Shown: positions 1 through 12,391, counted from the first letter of the stretch. The stretch is 64,000 nt of DNA from Anthoceros angustus (GCA_010909165.1 VJWM01000016.1:558001-622000); one strand, 5' to 3'. Translations and numbers: made by a program. Notes: generated by a model from the letters alone, not told the origin.

Positions 1-345
1 AAGGCCAGGCCTGCAGCTTCAAGATTAGCTCCCTGCATCCCTCGAGGCTGGAAGTTCAGAAAATCTTGATTGCATGGCTCACCGGGGTACCCAACATGCA
101 AAATCTTACAAAGCGGCAAAACTGTTCTGGATATGTCCATTCGAAATCGTACATAGTGGCAAAACTGTTCTGGATACGTTCCAGACAAAAAGCTGCATCC
201 TTCGTAGGAACCTTGGGTGTCCGCTAGATACCTGCACAGACTACACAGTACTAGTCTAGAGCGCGAATAACAATTGCAAGCCAAGCCACACAGCCACAGG
301 TCTGCAGATTAGCAGCTCTGCCGGAGGCTCACACAGCCACAGATT

Positions 346-1560
346 TTACGACAAGCTAGAACTAAATTTGCAAATCCGCTCTCGTCTTGCTACAAGCTTG
401 CACAGGGGCTTTTCAGAAGGCAGGCCAGAGTAAGTAACATCGGTAGCCAAACTCGGGCCCTCCTGCTCCATTTGTCCATACACAACAATCGCCTCATAAA
501 TGTCCCAGACCTTGCTGTAGATTATAGACCCAGCAATCTGCAGGGCATTCCATGACGGTACCACATCCTGTGTTGGCCGGCCAAGCTGTCAAAAACCTGG
601 CGTGCATCCTCGCTCCACTTCACCACATTTTCGCATACAATCTCATGTGCACCAGACAGGTGGCCACCACGTGCTACGTAACGTCATCCAGCAGTCCTCC
701 TTCGACAATCTATGAGTGCAGTTGCATGCCCTTCTGTAAGCTCCACCGCTGCTTCAAGCCCACAGGCCTTGTGACAAGCAAAAGTAACATGGTTAGCCGA
801 AAGCAGGCCCTCCTGCTCCATTTGTCCATACACAACAAGCGCCTCTTGGCCCACTGGTCATTGCTGTTTAGTGCATACTCCATGTCGCCACATCCTTTGT
901 GGCCAAGCTGTCAAGACCCTGGCGTTGCATGCCCTTCTGCAAGCCACCCCTGCTTGGCTTCCACAGGCCTTCAGAAGGCAAGCCAACAAAATTAACATGG
1001 TCAGCCAAAATGAAGCCCTCCTGCTCCATTTTTCCATATCAGAACAGGCGCCTAGCCTCATATCCGAGCCCCTTGCTGGCCATACCCAGCTATTAGGGCA
1101 TTCCATGTCACCACACATCCTTTGTGGCCAAATTGTCAAAAACCTGGCGTGCATCTTTCAATTCACCACACTTCGCATACATGTCCACCGGGCAGTTGCC
1201 CACCACTACTACGTAACGTCATCCAGCAAACTAGTCCGCTTTCGACCATCCGCTGAGAGTGCAGCTGCCCTTCTGTAAGGCGCCAGTGCTTGCATAGGGC
1301 CTCAGAAGGCAGGCAAGCAAGCACAAGTCCCCACTACCTACCTGCACTAACCCACAGCCTTCAGAGCAGCAAGACCAGGGTTTGGTGGACTGACCAGGCC
1401 ACGGTGAATGGCAGTGCCCACAAAGCTGCTGAACAGCGGGCATCTAGCTGTGCTCAGAACCTGGCAAAATACTACAGGATAGCAAGGCTGGACTGCACCT
1501 GGAGAAAGTACCATTGGCACCTGCACCGGAGAATGTAGAATTGCCACCTGCAACCTTCTT
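346..1560 (-). pseudogene. Degenerate PLS-class pentatricopeptide repeat (PPR) gene
   Basis: Frameshifted minus-strand fragments read as PLS PPR motifs: WNAL.IAG, EAIVVYGQMEQEG, ASTGALQKG, LVDMYAKCGEL, DVVTWNALIAGY. Closely similar to the plus-strand PPR relic at 19.8-21.4 kb. Multiple stops and frameshifts; boundaries approximate. Confidence 0.8.
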
Positions 1561-2629
1561 CCACGCATGGTCATTATGCTTGACTTCGAGCTCCTAAGGT
1601 AAGCTGATGAAGAAGAAAGTGCCACCACGTCATACCACGTCGCAGGCCTCCAACAGGTGGCAGTCACTGACACGCATAGCTGCATCTCCATGGACAACTG
1701 TGTCCTGCCCCCAGACTTGCCGAACATGATGAGAGCTCGTGTCAGCACCTCATGTAAGAAGTCCAGGCTCGGCGATGAGCTCCCTCGCTTTCCAGAAGAT
1801 GCCCTTCCTTTTCTTTTCTGGTGTAGTAGTTTACATCCATGTGGGAATTGAACTAGAACTGAGCCCCCATCTCTCATTTTCCATATGTTGTACTTGATGG
1901 TCCATTACATGGAAAATGCACCATAAGTGTTTAGGTAATAATAATTTTTCAAGAGAAAAATAAATATTAACATCATTCAGTCTTCCTTGGTTAAACACAA
2001 AGTTGATATATATCAAATACACACACATATGTGTGCATTGTCAAGTGTGTGTTATTCTTTAGATTTAGGATTGTTTATTGTATAAAGTGTAAATTTGAGT
2101 GTTTAAGGAAAGAGACGTTGTCTACCTCAAGAGACAGCTATTTATTGTTTATGATGTGTTTCTCAGTCTGCATGACATCCTTATGCAGGCTTCTTGCTCG
2201 TACTCGATTCCTCCTCCTCGTGAGAGATGGATGCAGAAGACCTCCCCTTCCACTCCTTTATAAGCTTCTACATTAGCTTCAGAAGATCATGAGGCGGCTC
2301 ACCCTCAACTTCTTTTGAAACAATAGGAGTGAGCGGAATCCCAGTAGAATCTACCAACAGCTGCCACTACAAGAATAGAGTGGCTTTTACAATGAGTATT
2401 ACAATGTACTTTACGACATTATTTAATAACCTATTGTAAATCAGAACGTTGTAGTGGATGCGGCCCCAATACATTATAAATACGTAAATATTTGTGCCAC
2501 CTTTTGTTGTAAAGGTAAAGACCCATTGTAAATTAGGTTCGGTGATACATCACCATGCCACATCACCTTCCCCCGTCACATTAGCAGATCATAATGATGG
2601 CCAAGAAATAACAACATAATTAAAAACAG

Positions 2630-3384
2630 GCATGTTATTATATAATTTATAACAAATACAACGACAAGCCCTACAATGTCAACAAAGAACAGCTTCTACA
2701 ATGATATTTACCACACAAATTACAACATCTATTACAGTTAATTATAATAAATGATAATTATTACTTAAATATATTAAATATATTATATAATTTTAATACT
2801 ATAATTTAATTAGTTTTAATTAATAATTAAATTTTAATAAATTTTAAATAATCATAAGAGCGTGCAAGGCGTTAATTACAACACGGATTATAAATGTTGT
2901 GCACATCGTCTAGCTAGTGCTTGAAAAACCCCGATTGACTCCTAAGACACATGTACATCACTAGAAGGGCGACCACATAGGATCCTTAAAGCTCTCCATA
3001 GCGCATGTTATTATATAATTTATAACAAATACAACGACAAGCCCTACAATGTCAACAAAACGACTTCTACAATGATATTTACCACACAAATTACAACATC
3101 TATTACAGTTAATTATAATAAATGATAATTATTACTTAAATATATTAAATATATTATATAATTTTAATACTATAATTTAATTAGTTTTAATTAATAATTA
3201 AATTTTAATAAATTTTAAATAATCATAAGAGCGTGCAAGAGCGTTAATTACAACACGGATTATAAATGTTGTGCACATCGTCTAGCTAGTGCTTGAAAAA
3301 CCCTGATTGACTCCTAAGACACATGTACATCACTAGAAGGGCGACCACATAACAGATCCTTAAAGCTCTCCATAAGCGCATGTT
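2630..3384. repeat. Near-perfect tandem duplication of an AT-rich unit of about 373 bp
   Basis: The unit starts gcatgttattatataatttataac at 2630 and again at 3003; gcatgtt recurs at 3378. Only a few small indels between copies. Confidence 0.95.
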
Positions 3385-4619
3385 GAAAGATTTGTTATCT
3401 GCCATGACAAGCCAACAGTGGCCGATTGGCAAAGAAGCGCAGCAAACCTCGCAAATGACATGCAAATGAGAAATCTCATCAACATAAAAAACAAGAACAT
3501 GTAGCTACTTACCAGTGCCCTTGCTTCCTGGAAAACCGAGGACAACAAAACGCACTATGCACATTGCATAACAAGGCCATCACTCACAGAAAACGTTAAA
3601 TTACAGCCCTCCAATAAAATCCTTAGGCAGGCTTGCAAACTAAAATGACAAAAACGAATGAAAATCATACCAGCTGAAGGCCACACTCTGGTTGTGATAG
3701 CAATGTAGCTGCCACCTCTACCAAATTACCCAGAAGGCAGATGCTTGACGGAAAACCCAGAGCTATATCATGAAGGTAGGACATTATGGTAAAGAAGATG
3801 CCAACTAGTGGACTCAGAAAGCCCAAAGGTCATAACTTACACACGCCTGATACAACCCCAATAAGTGACAAAATGACCGTTTAGATTCACTTCCAATCCA
3901 CAGTCAAGAGCTTCACGAACTACTAGGAGCCTGATAGAAGGGTTTTCTGCAAAGTACCTCCTTCAAAGAAAGACAGTGCTGCCATAGCCATGGGACATTC
4001 AAAATGACGCAAGAAACAAATCGGTCAAAATATATCTTCACCAAAAAGCAACAAACTTTGCCATTATCTAGCAATGGATTTTTGCAGGGAATAGGCAATG
4101 GAACTTGATGTAGTTTATTGTAAGAGGAGGCGCAACACTAGAGTCCTAGCCTCCATCGCCCAGCACATGTAGCTCACTCCAGCCGCCACAATAGTATTGC
4201 AACAATTCCCGAGTGGAGCAGGTGGCCATTTTCCATCGCTCCCCTCGCATTCAGTGCTTGCGCTTGCTTTTCAAAGATGCTGCCTATTTTCGAAGGCATC
4301 CACCCGAGCTTGTGATACCGTCATTAGAAGTTGAGTTTATTAAGCTTTGGTAATCAACCTTACTAAATTCATTGCATCAATCACGTTAACTATGTTATAA
4401 TACAATGTTGCATGACAAGGCTTAAGAAATAAACAAGTTTGCGCATCTACAACTTTTGACTCATTTTGCACAAACAAGCTTGCACATTGCCATGTTGGGT
4501 GCCCAAACTTGTTTGCACACTCATCTCGTTCTTTCCGTTTTTTAAGAGAAACGCTTGTATGGGATGAATGACGGATATGCGGAAATAGCGTGTAACTAAC
4601 GGTTCTGATGGTATAAATG

Positions 4620-4889
4620 CATTCTCCTCTCCGTCTACAGTCCATTCTCATCCTTAAGCACTGTCGCAGCTGCATACTGCGAGTTACATAATCAAAGCAG
4701 CCCTAGCTTGACAAGCTCTTGGCATCGATTCTCAACCACATCCCACTCATCCTTGCTGAGTCTGTGCCTCTTGCGGAGCACTGGTTCATCCGTGGTCAAT
4801 TCTATATGGAACTTCCCCTTGGTATACTTCCTCATCTCCGCAAGTGTGAAAGTAAACACATGTCGCGATGCCACCAGCAAATTCTTCAA
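4620..4889 (-). pseudogene. Gypsy reverse transcriptase N-terminal fragment
   Basis: ORF 4692..4889 continues in frame past a stop as LCNSQYAAATVLKDENGL*TERRM. This matches the gypsy RT start pattern (E..L...GLI.PS.S.YAS..V...KKDG..RMC). Confidence 0.75.
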
Positions 4890-5089
4890 CTAACACCATT
4901 GATTACTCTTCAACTCGACGCCTGTCAACCACTCATGTGGCTGTGGCTCGGATGGCTTGCACGCTTCCTCTACGTGCTCACTCTCCTTGCCCTCCAAACT
5001 TGCATTCTCCCCTTAAGATGCGAGTGCTGGAATGTCCTTTACCCACTGAACTTAACCCTGCTTTCTTCTGGCTTCAAAGTTGGTAAGCA

Positions 5090-6025
5090 ACTCCAGCGCT
5101 GAACAACCAGGTCATCATGTTCATGTCAAATGTGCCCAAGCAATCGACACCATTCCTTCTCGGTCACTCACGGTATCTTCGTGGCTTCGATAGCAAATCC
5201 CATAGCCAACTCCCTCTCTGTGGCTGTTGGCTCCCTCAAGGCCTCGCCATGTCTTGCCACCACAACGTCAGGGCCATGGTTCATGAAGCCGTAGTACTTG
5301 GACTTGGACACAAAGGTAAACCAAGCCGCCATGGGGTGTCCAAGTGTGTTCACAAGGAAGTGTAGCAACTTGTTAGTCTTGATGCCTTGGTGGGCATGCC
5401 TTCCCGATGCTAGCACATCTTTGACAACATGATCAGGTCGCTTGGTGAACGGCCTCGTAGACTTCAGATGTTCGAAGGGAGCAAGGTTAGTCCACATAGA
5501 CCTCAACCTATGAGCCCTCGAACCAAATTGAGCTGCATCTAACAGCAGCTCTTGACCAACACTCCTCGGATCATGCCAAAGTCCTCTTGGACTTGCTTCT
5601 TCACGCTCATGCATACTGGCATATTCTCCTACATGTATCTACAAAGCCTTTCATGCCCTTTGTGGATCAAGCGCAAGATCCTCATCAGGTCATAGAACAG
5701 TGTTGTTCGTGGGTCCTTCAGACCCTGATCCTGCCTACAGAGGAGAATCCTCGACACTCCCAACCTGCAATCACGAGGTCCACTGGTTGCCCAAGACAAC
5801 TCAAATGGGACAACCCTATCATGCAAACGTTCATTGACAACGCCTTTTTGTAATCCTTCAATGACTCCCACGTCAGAAGGTTGAGGTACTCCCCCATCAA
5901 GTCTTTCACGCGCTTCTGTGACACAATCCTAGCTTTCAGTTCCGGGTCACAATGCACGTGTCTTCATACTTTGATGCCATATTTCAGCACTGCTTCCAAA
6001 CCATGATGCCTCCAAAGCTTCTATC
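5090..6025 (-). pseudogene. C5-cytosine DNA methyltransferase domain (transposon-borne, decayed)
   Basis: Motifs occur in canonical order. I: (E.)FGGI..GLEAVL at about 6020-5980, frameshifted. IV: VDLVIAGWECRGFSSVG, Cys codon 5754-5756, followed by QGLKDPRTTLFYDLMRIL. VI: YM*ENMP, 5620-5628. VIII: DAAQFGSRAHRLRSMWTNLA. IX/X: LREPTATERELAMGF...RLLG..FDMN. Confidence 0.85.
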
Positions 6026-6033
6026 GGCACTAG

Positions 6034-6110
6034 GCTATCTTCCTATCTTCCCGAGGTTGCTATCTTCCTATCTTCCCGAGGTTGCTATCTTCCTATCTTC
6101 CCGAGGTTGC
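6034..6110. repeat. 3 x 25-bp perfect tandem repeat next to the PBS-like site
   Basis: gctatcttcctatcttcccgaggtt at 6034, 6059 and 6084. Confidence 0.95.
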
Positions 6111-6112
6111 CA

Positions 6113-6331
6113 TGTGAGTACCTGAACCTTTAAATCACAAACATCTTGAACTTACAATTCTCGGACACATGTCCTCTTGCAGTGGGAGCACGCTTGACCT
6201 TGCCTTGCTTGGGGAGTTGTAAGTTTCAATTAAGGAGATTAAGGTTGTGTGCGTGAGAACCCCCCCCTTTATCTTAAAAGGAAAGCTGGTTTGTACTGCG
6301 CATGAATTAACTAGATACTCGATGTTATACA
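6113..6331 (-). repeat. Putative 5' LTR (219 bp) of the DNMT-bearing element
   Basis: Bounded by TGT...ACA. On the minus strand it is followed immediately by TGGCAACCTCGGG (PBS-like TGG start). No second copy was seen in the window. Confidence 0.5.
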
Positions 6332-6485
6332 CTGAACAAAGACACCATGGGCATGCCTATCCATGAGCAGAGCATGCGTATTGAGCTGCCCGCTCGTCTT
6401 CCCGTAACACGAAAACTGTACAAAGAATGCACCTAGAAGTCGTCTAGCTGATTCTACTAGCCACAAAACATGGTAGGAAGAACAA

Positions 6486-8247
6486 CTAGTGGTGTTGGGT
6501 TTCCACCAAATCCAAACATTGAGACCAAGCTACCATGGCAGCCCCGACAGCAGGTTCCACCTGCATGTTCCACCTCATTTGATGTGAGAACAGTGAAAGA
6601 GCAAAAGCTTCATGAACAATGCGACCCTTTGATTAAAAGCATATGACCTTGGGTGAGATTGGCTGTGCCCCGGGGAACTCCTCACAGATGCTGCGAACAA
6701 GAGGTTTCCTCAGGTCCCAATCATCCTCGTTTTCCAAGACTCCACCAACCATAACCAGTGGAAACGATTCCTTACCATCTGCCCACCACCCACATATCAA
6801 AACCACACATCAACCACAAACCAGACACAGGAAACTAGCTCAGCACCATTATTGAATCATAGCATCAAAGAATAATACCTGCCCCACCCAGACGAAGGGC
6901 TTTCACAACAGCCCGCACAGTATTCACAAGCTCCTGTACAGCGTCACCCAACACGCTGATTGCAACTACATCACCTGCTGCCGCACACCGTTTCACAGTG
7001 GGCACCAGTGCAGCTACACGAGCCCATGAAGAGTCTGCATAAGCCCAGCTGCTCAGCCTCAAGTTAGGACATACACTGCATTTATACATTAAAGAACATG
7101 AAACGAGAAACTGACAGGCACCCGGTATGGTCTACACGATTGTGCAAAATTCCCTAACTTACCCAATGAGATCGTCAGCTGCTCGAAGATGAAGCTTGTC
7201 AAGAATAGCAGCCTTCAAGGCAGTTGATGGGCCTCTTCCATCATGTGCCCTCATAATTGCAGCTAAAGCCTGTTGACCTATGGCATATCCGCTAACACCA
7301 GTCACAACATATTTCAGTCCCAGACCATGAAGCAAATAGTTGGCGAATTGCGATGACATGGGTCTCAAGTACTACTGACCTGCCCTTATCCCCAAGCAAG
7401 GGTCCATTACCCGCAGCTCGAGCCTGCCTACCATCATCAGTAAAGCCTACAGCAATTGTGCCAGTGCCAGATATGAGGACACAACCATGTATGTGACCAC
7501 CAGTCCCGCTGGCCAAAGCAGCTACAGAATCATTGTATACCGAGAGATCGACACTCAAGGGGAAAATCTCCCTGCACATGACAAACCCTGAGCAGTTAGT
7601 TGTGACTCCAACATCTGCTCTCCCTTTGTCCATACACATGCACAAGCAGACATAGAGCCTAGAAGCTATAATAGACTGAAGGGAAGACAAAATACCAGCT
7701 GCCATCAGGTCCAGGGCAGCATCAAGTACGATAAACACACCTAAGCCATGATAGTACACGTTTTGCATCGCAGGGTCGGTCAACACCAGCAAGAGACAAG
7801 CACACAGCTTGCACCACAGACCGGGGAACATTTGCCTGACGCAATGCTCCGGCCATGGCCTGCTCTATAGCCTTTCTCGATGCTTCCTCTGTGGGCGGCA
7901 ACACAGAAGATAAAAATGAGACATGCCCAAGCAGAAATCTTCAACTTCAGCAAAATCCACACAAAAAAACCTGCTCAAAGCTCGAATTCCCCTCTCTCGA
8001 ACAGCAACATGTTATTTCTCCTACCTCCGACGCTGTTCTGGTTGGAGCTGCCACAAATTGCCCGCGCAAGAACTGGGGGAGGATCCCCGAGGAACAAGGG
8101 CAGCGGCACAGCCACGCAGACGCACACAGTCGAGGTGGCACCACCATCCACACCTAAAACCACGCCCTTCCGATGCTTGGCAGGATTCAGGTGCGACTCA
8201 AAGCCCCACACATCATCCTGCCCGGAATCCGTGCACTGCCCGGTCAT
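6486..8247 (-). CDS. GNK: N-acetyl-D-glucosamine kinase (BadF/BadG/BcrA/BcrD-type ATPase fold), 7 exons
   Basis: Exons 8247-8025, 7888-7741, 7571-7380, 7291-7163, 7048-6879, 6778-6648 and 6560-6486, all GT-AG and phase-consistent. Motifs VVLGVDGGATST, NDSVAALASGTGG, LISGTGTIA, GPLLGDKGSGY, FPLVMVGGVL, VEPAVGAA. Confidence 0.92.
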
Positions 8248-8985
8248 GGTCGCGGGCTGCTCCGTCAGCTTCTGCACGCACAAGGGAGCAAAAATACAGA
8301 TCCTGCTCCTCCCGAAAGCCCTGACATGGGGAGGCAGCCTGCTGTGCAGAATCAGGCCGTGGGTGGCAATATACGACAGTCCAAGAAAAGCTTCGTTGTG
8401 GAGAGCCAATTTGAATCCTACTCCCGATGGGACCATTCCAACCGGCCATAGACAAGACAAAGCGAGGTCAAAGCTCCATGCCTCGTCCCCGACCGCTCCC
8501 CCGCTTGCCCTAGATAGAATACAGTAACCCGGTTCCCCTCACACCATCAGCGTTGATGTTGCCTTCCTCGGGACTTCCCCAGCCGCTAAACTGTCTGTTT
8601 CCTGGTCCAACTGGCGGAGGCTCCAAATCGGCAAGAATCTGCCGCCTTCCCTGCCGCTGCTGCCGTCCCCGACCTGAGATCACACACTTCCTTACCCGCC
8701 GCATTTACTGGAATAGAAAAACACTTTATCCCCAACTGCAGTTAGGCTACGCATATACCGTCCGAGTCGACACTGTGTCATATGACATTCAGGGGATATG
8801 CCAGTGGCTGCTATGCAGGTTCCCTGCTCTGGACTCTGTTGCTGGGCGCTGCATTGCCGTGCACGAATTGCTGCGGTTGGATGTATCCTGCAAGGGAAGA
8901 TGAGGTGAGAGCGGGGCCACCATCGCATCGTTCTTATCGAGGGGCGGGTTGTGGAGCTGGTGCTCTTGGTAGGTAGGCAGACGGG

Positions 8986-9909
8986 ATGGCCAACCTGGCT
9001 GTCAGTGTCCAGGGAGCGGCAACAGGAGCGGAGCTATGGGGGCTGGAGCAGGAGCAGGCCCAGGGCAGGGGCTCGCTGCCCTGCGTGCCCTGCCTCCAGG
9101 CGATGGCGATGCGCGCCTGGCCCCTGCCCCTGCCGGTGGTGCGCATTCTGCGCACATCGTGGCAGGAGCAGCAGCGTCGCCAGCGGCAGCACCTGGTGGC
9201 GGCTGGGTCTCGGAGGGTTGTTAGGTTTCGGAGGCGGAGTACGGGGGAGGAGAGCGCCGATTGGAAGAAGGAGGTGCGGGAGTCCCTGAGCAGGCAGGGG
9301 AGTCTGGGGCTGGCCCTGCTCAGCACGTCGGCTGTGGCCAAGAGCCACATCAGTCCCTTCATCGAGGCCCTGCGCCACAACCCTATCTTCATGTCCGGGA
9401 TGCTGGCCTGGGCGCTGGCGCAGACCTTGAAGGTGTTTACGACGTATTTCGTCGAGCGGAGGTGGGATTTGAAGATGTTGATGGGGTCCGGGGGAATGCC
9501 CTCGTCGCACTCCGCTCTGTGCATTGGGCTGACCACGTCCGTGGCACTTTGTCATGGCGTGAGCGACGCCCTCTTCCCTGTTTGCTTGGGATTCAGTCTC
9601 ATTGTCATGTACGACGCTACTGGAGTGAGACGGCATGCTGGGATGCAGGCTGAGGTGGGTTTCAGTCGCTTTTGGTTTTTCTGCGATTCGGGTTCCGGGT
9701 TTCCTGTTCCCAGGGTTTTACTGAACCCCGGTGGTTTTGTTCGACAGATACTGAACATAATTGTGGAGGATTTGTTCCAAGGCCATCCTATCAGTCAGAG
9801 GAAATTGAAAGAGCTGCTGGGGCACACGCCTTTGCAAGTAGCTGCAGGGGCGTGCCTGGGGATGCTGGTTGGGTATGCTTGCTCGCAGAGTTACATGATG
9901 GTTTCTTGA
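8986..9909 (+). CDS. DUF212 acid phosphatase/vanadium-dependent haloperoxidase-related membrane protein with N-terminal extension
   Basis: Motifs AQTLK, SGGMPSSHSA, VMYDATGVRRHAGMQAE, LKELLGHTPLQV. One 93-nt GT-AG intron at 9655-9747. Confidence 0.9.
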   Translation: MANLAVSVQGAATGAELWGLEQEQAQGRGSLPCVPCLQAMAMRAWPLPLPVVRILRTSWQEQQRRQRQHLVAAGSRRVVRFRRRSTGEESADWKKEVRESLSRQGSLGLALLSTSAVAKSHISPFIEALRHNPIFMSGMLAWALAQTLKVFTTYFVERRWDLKMLMGSGGMPSSHSALCIGLTTSVALCHGVSDALFPVCLGFSLIVMYDATGVRRHAGMQAEVGFSRFWFFCDSGSGFPVPRVLLNPGGFVRQILNIIVEDLFQGHPISQRKLKELLGHTPLQVAAGACLGMLVGYACSQSYMMVS

Positions 9910-11074
9910 CCCTTCCTGCCTCTCTATCCCTTTCTGACCTAATTACCTTAAATTCTGTACTAATTTGAAGTTGGTTTGAAATTGAACCTGCTATGGTAGT
10001 GCCATTTGAGCGCAGAGCCCAAGAAGGAGGAGGGCTTGGCTGTACATTGATTGATATTGTTGTACATTGTAGACTGATTCGTTAAAGCAGAAGAGCAGAC
10101 ACCTGCAAGGAGTCTAGGTGGTCAACAGCACCTGGGCTGTTCGTGTGTCCGCTGCCTGGCGAGTTTGATGAGAGTCTCCTGTGTCAGTGTGTGTAGAATG
10201 AACTGTCCACTTTCGTGCACTTGACTGTCGAGGACTACAGCAATGTACATTTCTTGGATGGCTTCAGGCTTTGAATGCACCAGGTTGAACTTGCAAACCA
10301 GTCTGAGGCTTCGGCCAAAGATTCAAACCAGTCTTGAATCGATTATCGGTCCATCCTGATTGATTGCCGTCATTCGAGACGGTGATTCCTCTTGAACAAA
10401 AAAGTCTCCCCAAGGAAAACAGGTTCTCCCGCTCTTTCAAGGTCCATCGAGAAACAGCGGCTACAATCTCTCTAATCTTGTCTGCTAAACAAGTTCCCTG
10501 TCACTGACGACATCCTGAGGGTCTCACCGACCACTAAAATACAAACTTGTGAAGGACAGTCGGACAGACATCTGATGGCAATATTTCAGAAAATTAGATT
10601 ATCCCACACCGGAGAGACCAAGGTCAGACCTGGAAGGACCTGCAGTTATGCCAAACTGCCTGCTACAGGGGATGGAGGTTGATGTGTTGGAACGGCGCTA
10701 TGTTCTTAATACTGTATAGCTGCTTACCTCTACATACAGCATCCAGATGGTGAGGCTGAAGCCTTGAGAAGCACCTTCACAAAGGTTCTTCACCAAAGTC
10801 GAGCAGTGACAAGTGTTATGCTCACCCACAACGGGCGCAGCGTGAGTGTGTTAATTCCCCTATCGTTTTCAGCCGCTACAATGGTACGGGGATGGAACTG
10901 TTCTCGGATCCTTTTTAGTCATGCACAGGTGATGATATGTGATTCAACTCAGAAATTGTCATACAGATGTTGCCAGTCAGAGTAGGCCTCTCATGCGGAA
11001 GGGCTTTACCTGTCGTGTCGTCTGCGTGAGTCCATGTGTCCAGGTTTGTTGCATGGAGGTACGCGTTCATCTAA

Positions 11075-11421
11075 CGATCCTTGCTTCCCTTTGATCAAGG
11101 TATCACCTAGTGGAGCGAGCACGCAAGAATGCAAACATTTCGGCAGTCATGGGGTTTGTGCGTGTGCGCAACATGGAGAAGCAAGCCGTAAACAGAGCGT
11201 TTCGCGATTTGGTCGCCCGCCGGAATAGGAATATTGGCTAAGGTTGCAGGATGAACCCCAAGCAGTAGACATGATCAGTCATACTACACTTGTTTTTGGC
11301 CTTTCACCACAATAAAACCGCAAGTATGTGAGAAATGGTTGTGAGGAGACGTGGTCGAAGGCATGACATGGGTTTGGGCGCTTTTCCATAGAGCCTCACA
11401 TTGCAGTTAAGGAGTTGTATT
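11075..11421 (+). repeat. Dispersed copy of the segment flanking the PPR relic (homolog at 21434-21642), with an insertion of about 145 bp
   Basis: Shared strings gatccttgcttc..tttgatcaaggta..acctagtggagcgagca and gcaagtatg.gagaaatggttgtg..gagacgtggtcgaaggcatgacatgg. Confidence 0.85.
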
Positions 11422-12391
11422 TGTCTCAAAATGAGAATGGAGAGATTGTAACTTAGATTGTGTGTATTACGTATCGTAAGTGTGCAAGGGTGATGCTCCG
11501 GAGAGCATATGGAAGAAGTCTCACGAAGAGACACGAACTATTCATATGAGGCATGACTTCTAAATTCCTAATCTCACGGTCAGCTTATCTACATGTGTTC
11601 ACACATGCTCCCACACTACCTTAAGCACAAATGGGGAGATTGGGAATATCCAATTGTAGAGTGAGGAGAATTCTGTAAGTTCTTTGTGGAAATTTTATAT
11701 GAGCATAGGATTCGTCTAGGTTGATGAGTTTCTCTATGACTGAGTTCTGGACTTCTTCTATTTCATATTCAGATGGCAGCATGAAGAGATTGTGTTGTCG
11801 GCATAAGAGGCTAAGTCGTGAAAGGACTTGCTCTTTGACATTGTTTAGGGAGATAGGGGCAATTATGTCTAGGCAGGTCATGAACTCTTTCTTCATTGTT
11901 GGTAGAGTAGTTATTCGACCTGAATGTATGACCAATCATACTCATTGGGATCTACATACCGTCTTTGTGTGATCTCTTCTGCTATTAGCAGTAATACGCT
12001 ACAGGTTCTAATCCAGCCATAATGCAAAAGATTCTCTTTTGCTTCCTTGAGAAATTATATTACTATGTGAGATTCGCGCCATTCGAGATACTCAGCATGC
12101 TTGCGTGTCTTTCTTTCAAGGCGTTGGTGCTTCTTATCGCCTAGCATTGGAATGCCAGTGGGCAGGGAATGGTGTTGCTGGATTGATTATCAGCAAGGCT
12201 GAACCTAAAGTGGGTGAAGGTTTTTGTTTGCGAATGATGCTTCGCAACGAAGCAGAAACGTTATTTATAGGACACGAGTAACCGTTCTAGTCAAAGTACC
12301 GATTCGTTTTGGGCGTGAAACGTGCCCTAAACCTAAAGTCTGACGCTATTTGATAACTTGACAGACTCCGATTTGCAATACTAACAATTGC

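Larger units (their letters stand above)
4620..6331 (-). mobile_element. Internally deleted Ty3/gypsy-like LTR retrotransposon remnant carrying a cytosine methyltransferase domain
   Basis: Order on the minus strand: TG..CA-bounded LTR-like segment (6331-6113), TGG-starting PBS-like sequence, DNMT domain, then the gypsy pre-RT/RT N-terminus (HIELTTDEPVLRKRHRLS, QELVKLGLL, SQYAAATVLKDENG, RRM). Truncated near 4620. Confidence 0.75.

Noticed and set aside
3500-3560. P-loop-like GSKGTGK on the minus strand
   Set aside because: It arises by reading across a probable splice donor (G|GTAAGT); no flanking NTPase context.
9034-9636. Long antisense ORFs over the DUF212, dioxygenase and ABCC genes
   Set aside because: Shadow ORFs caused by GC-rich codon usage of the real sense genes.
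11420-11990. Possible Penelope/LINE RT fragment (ORF 11621..11935 -)
   Set aside because: Only vague similarity; no diagnostic RT motif seen.
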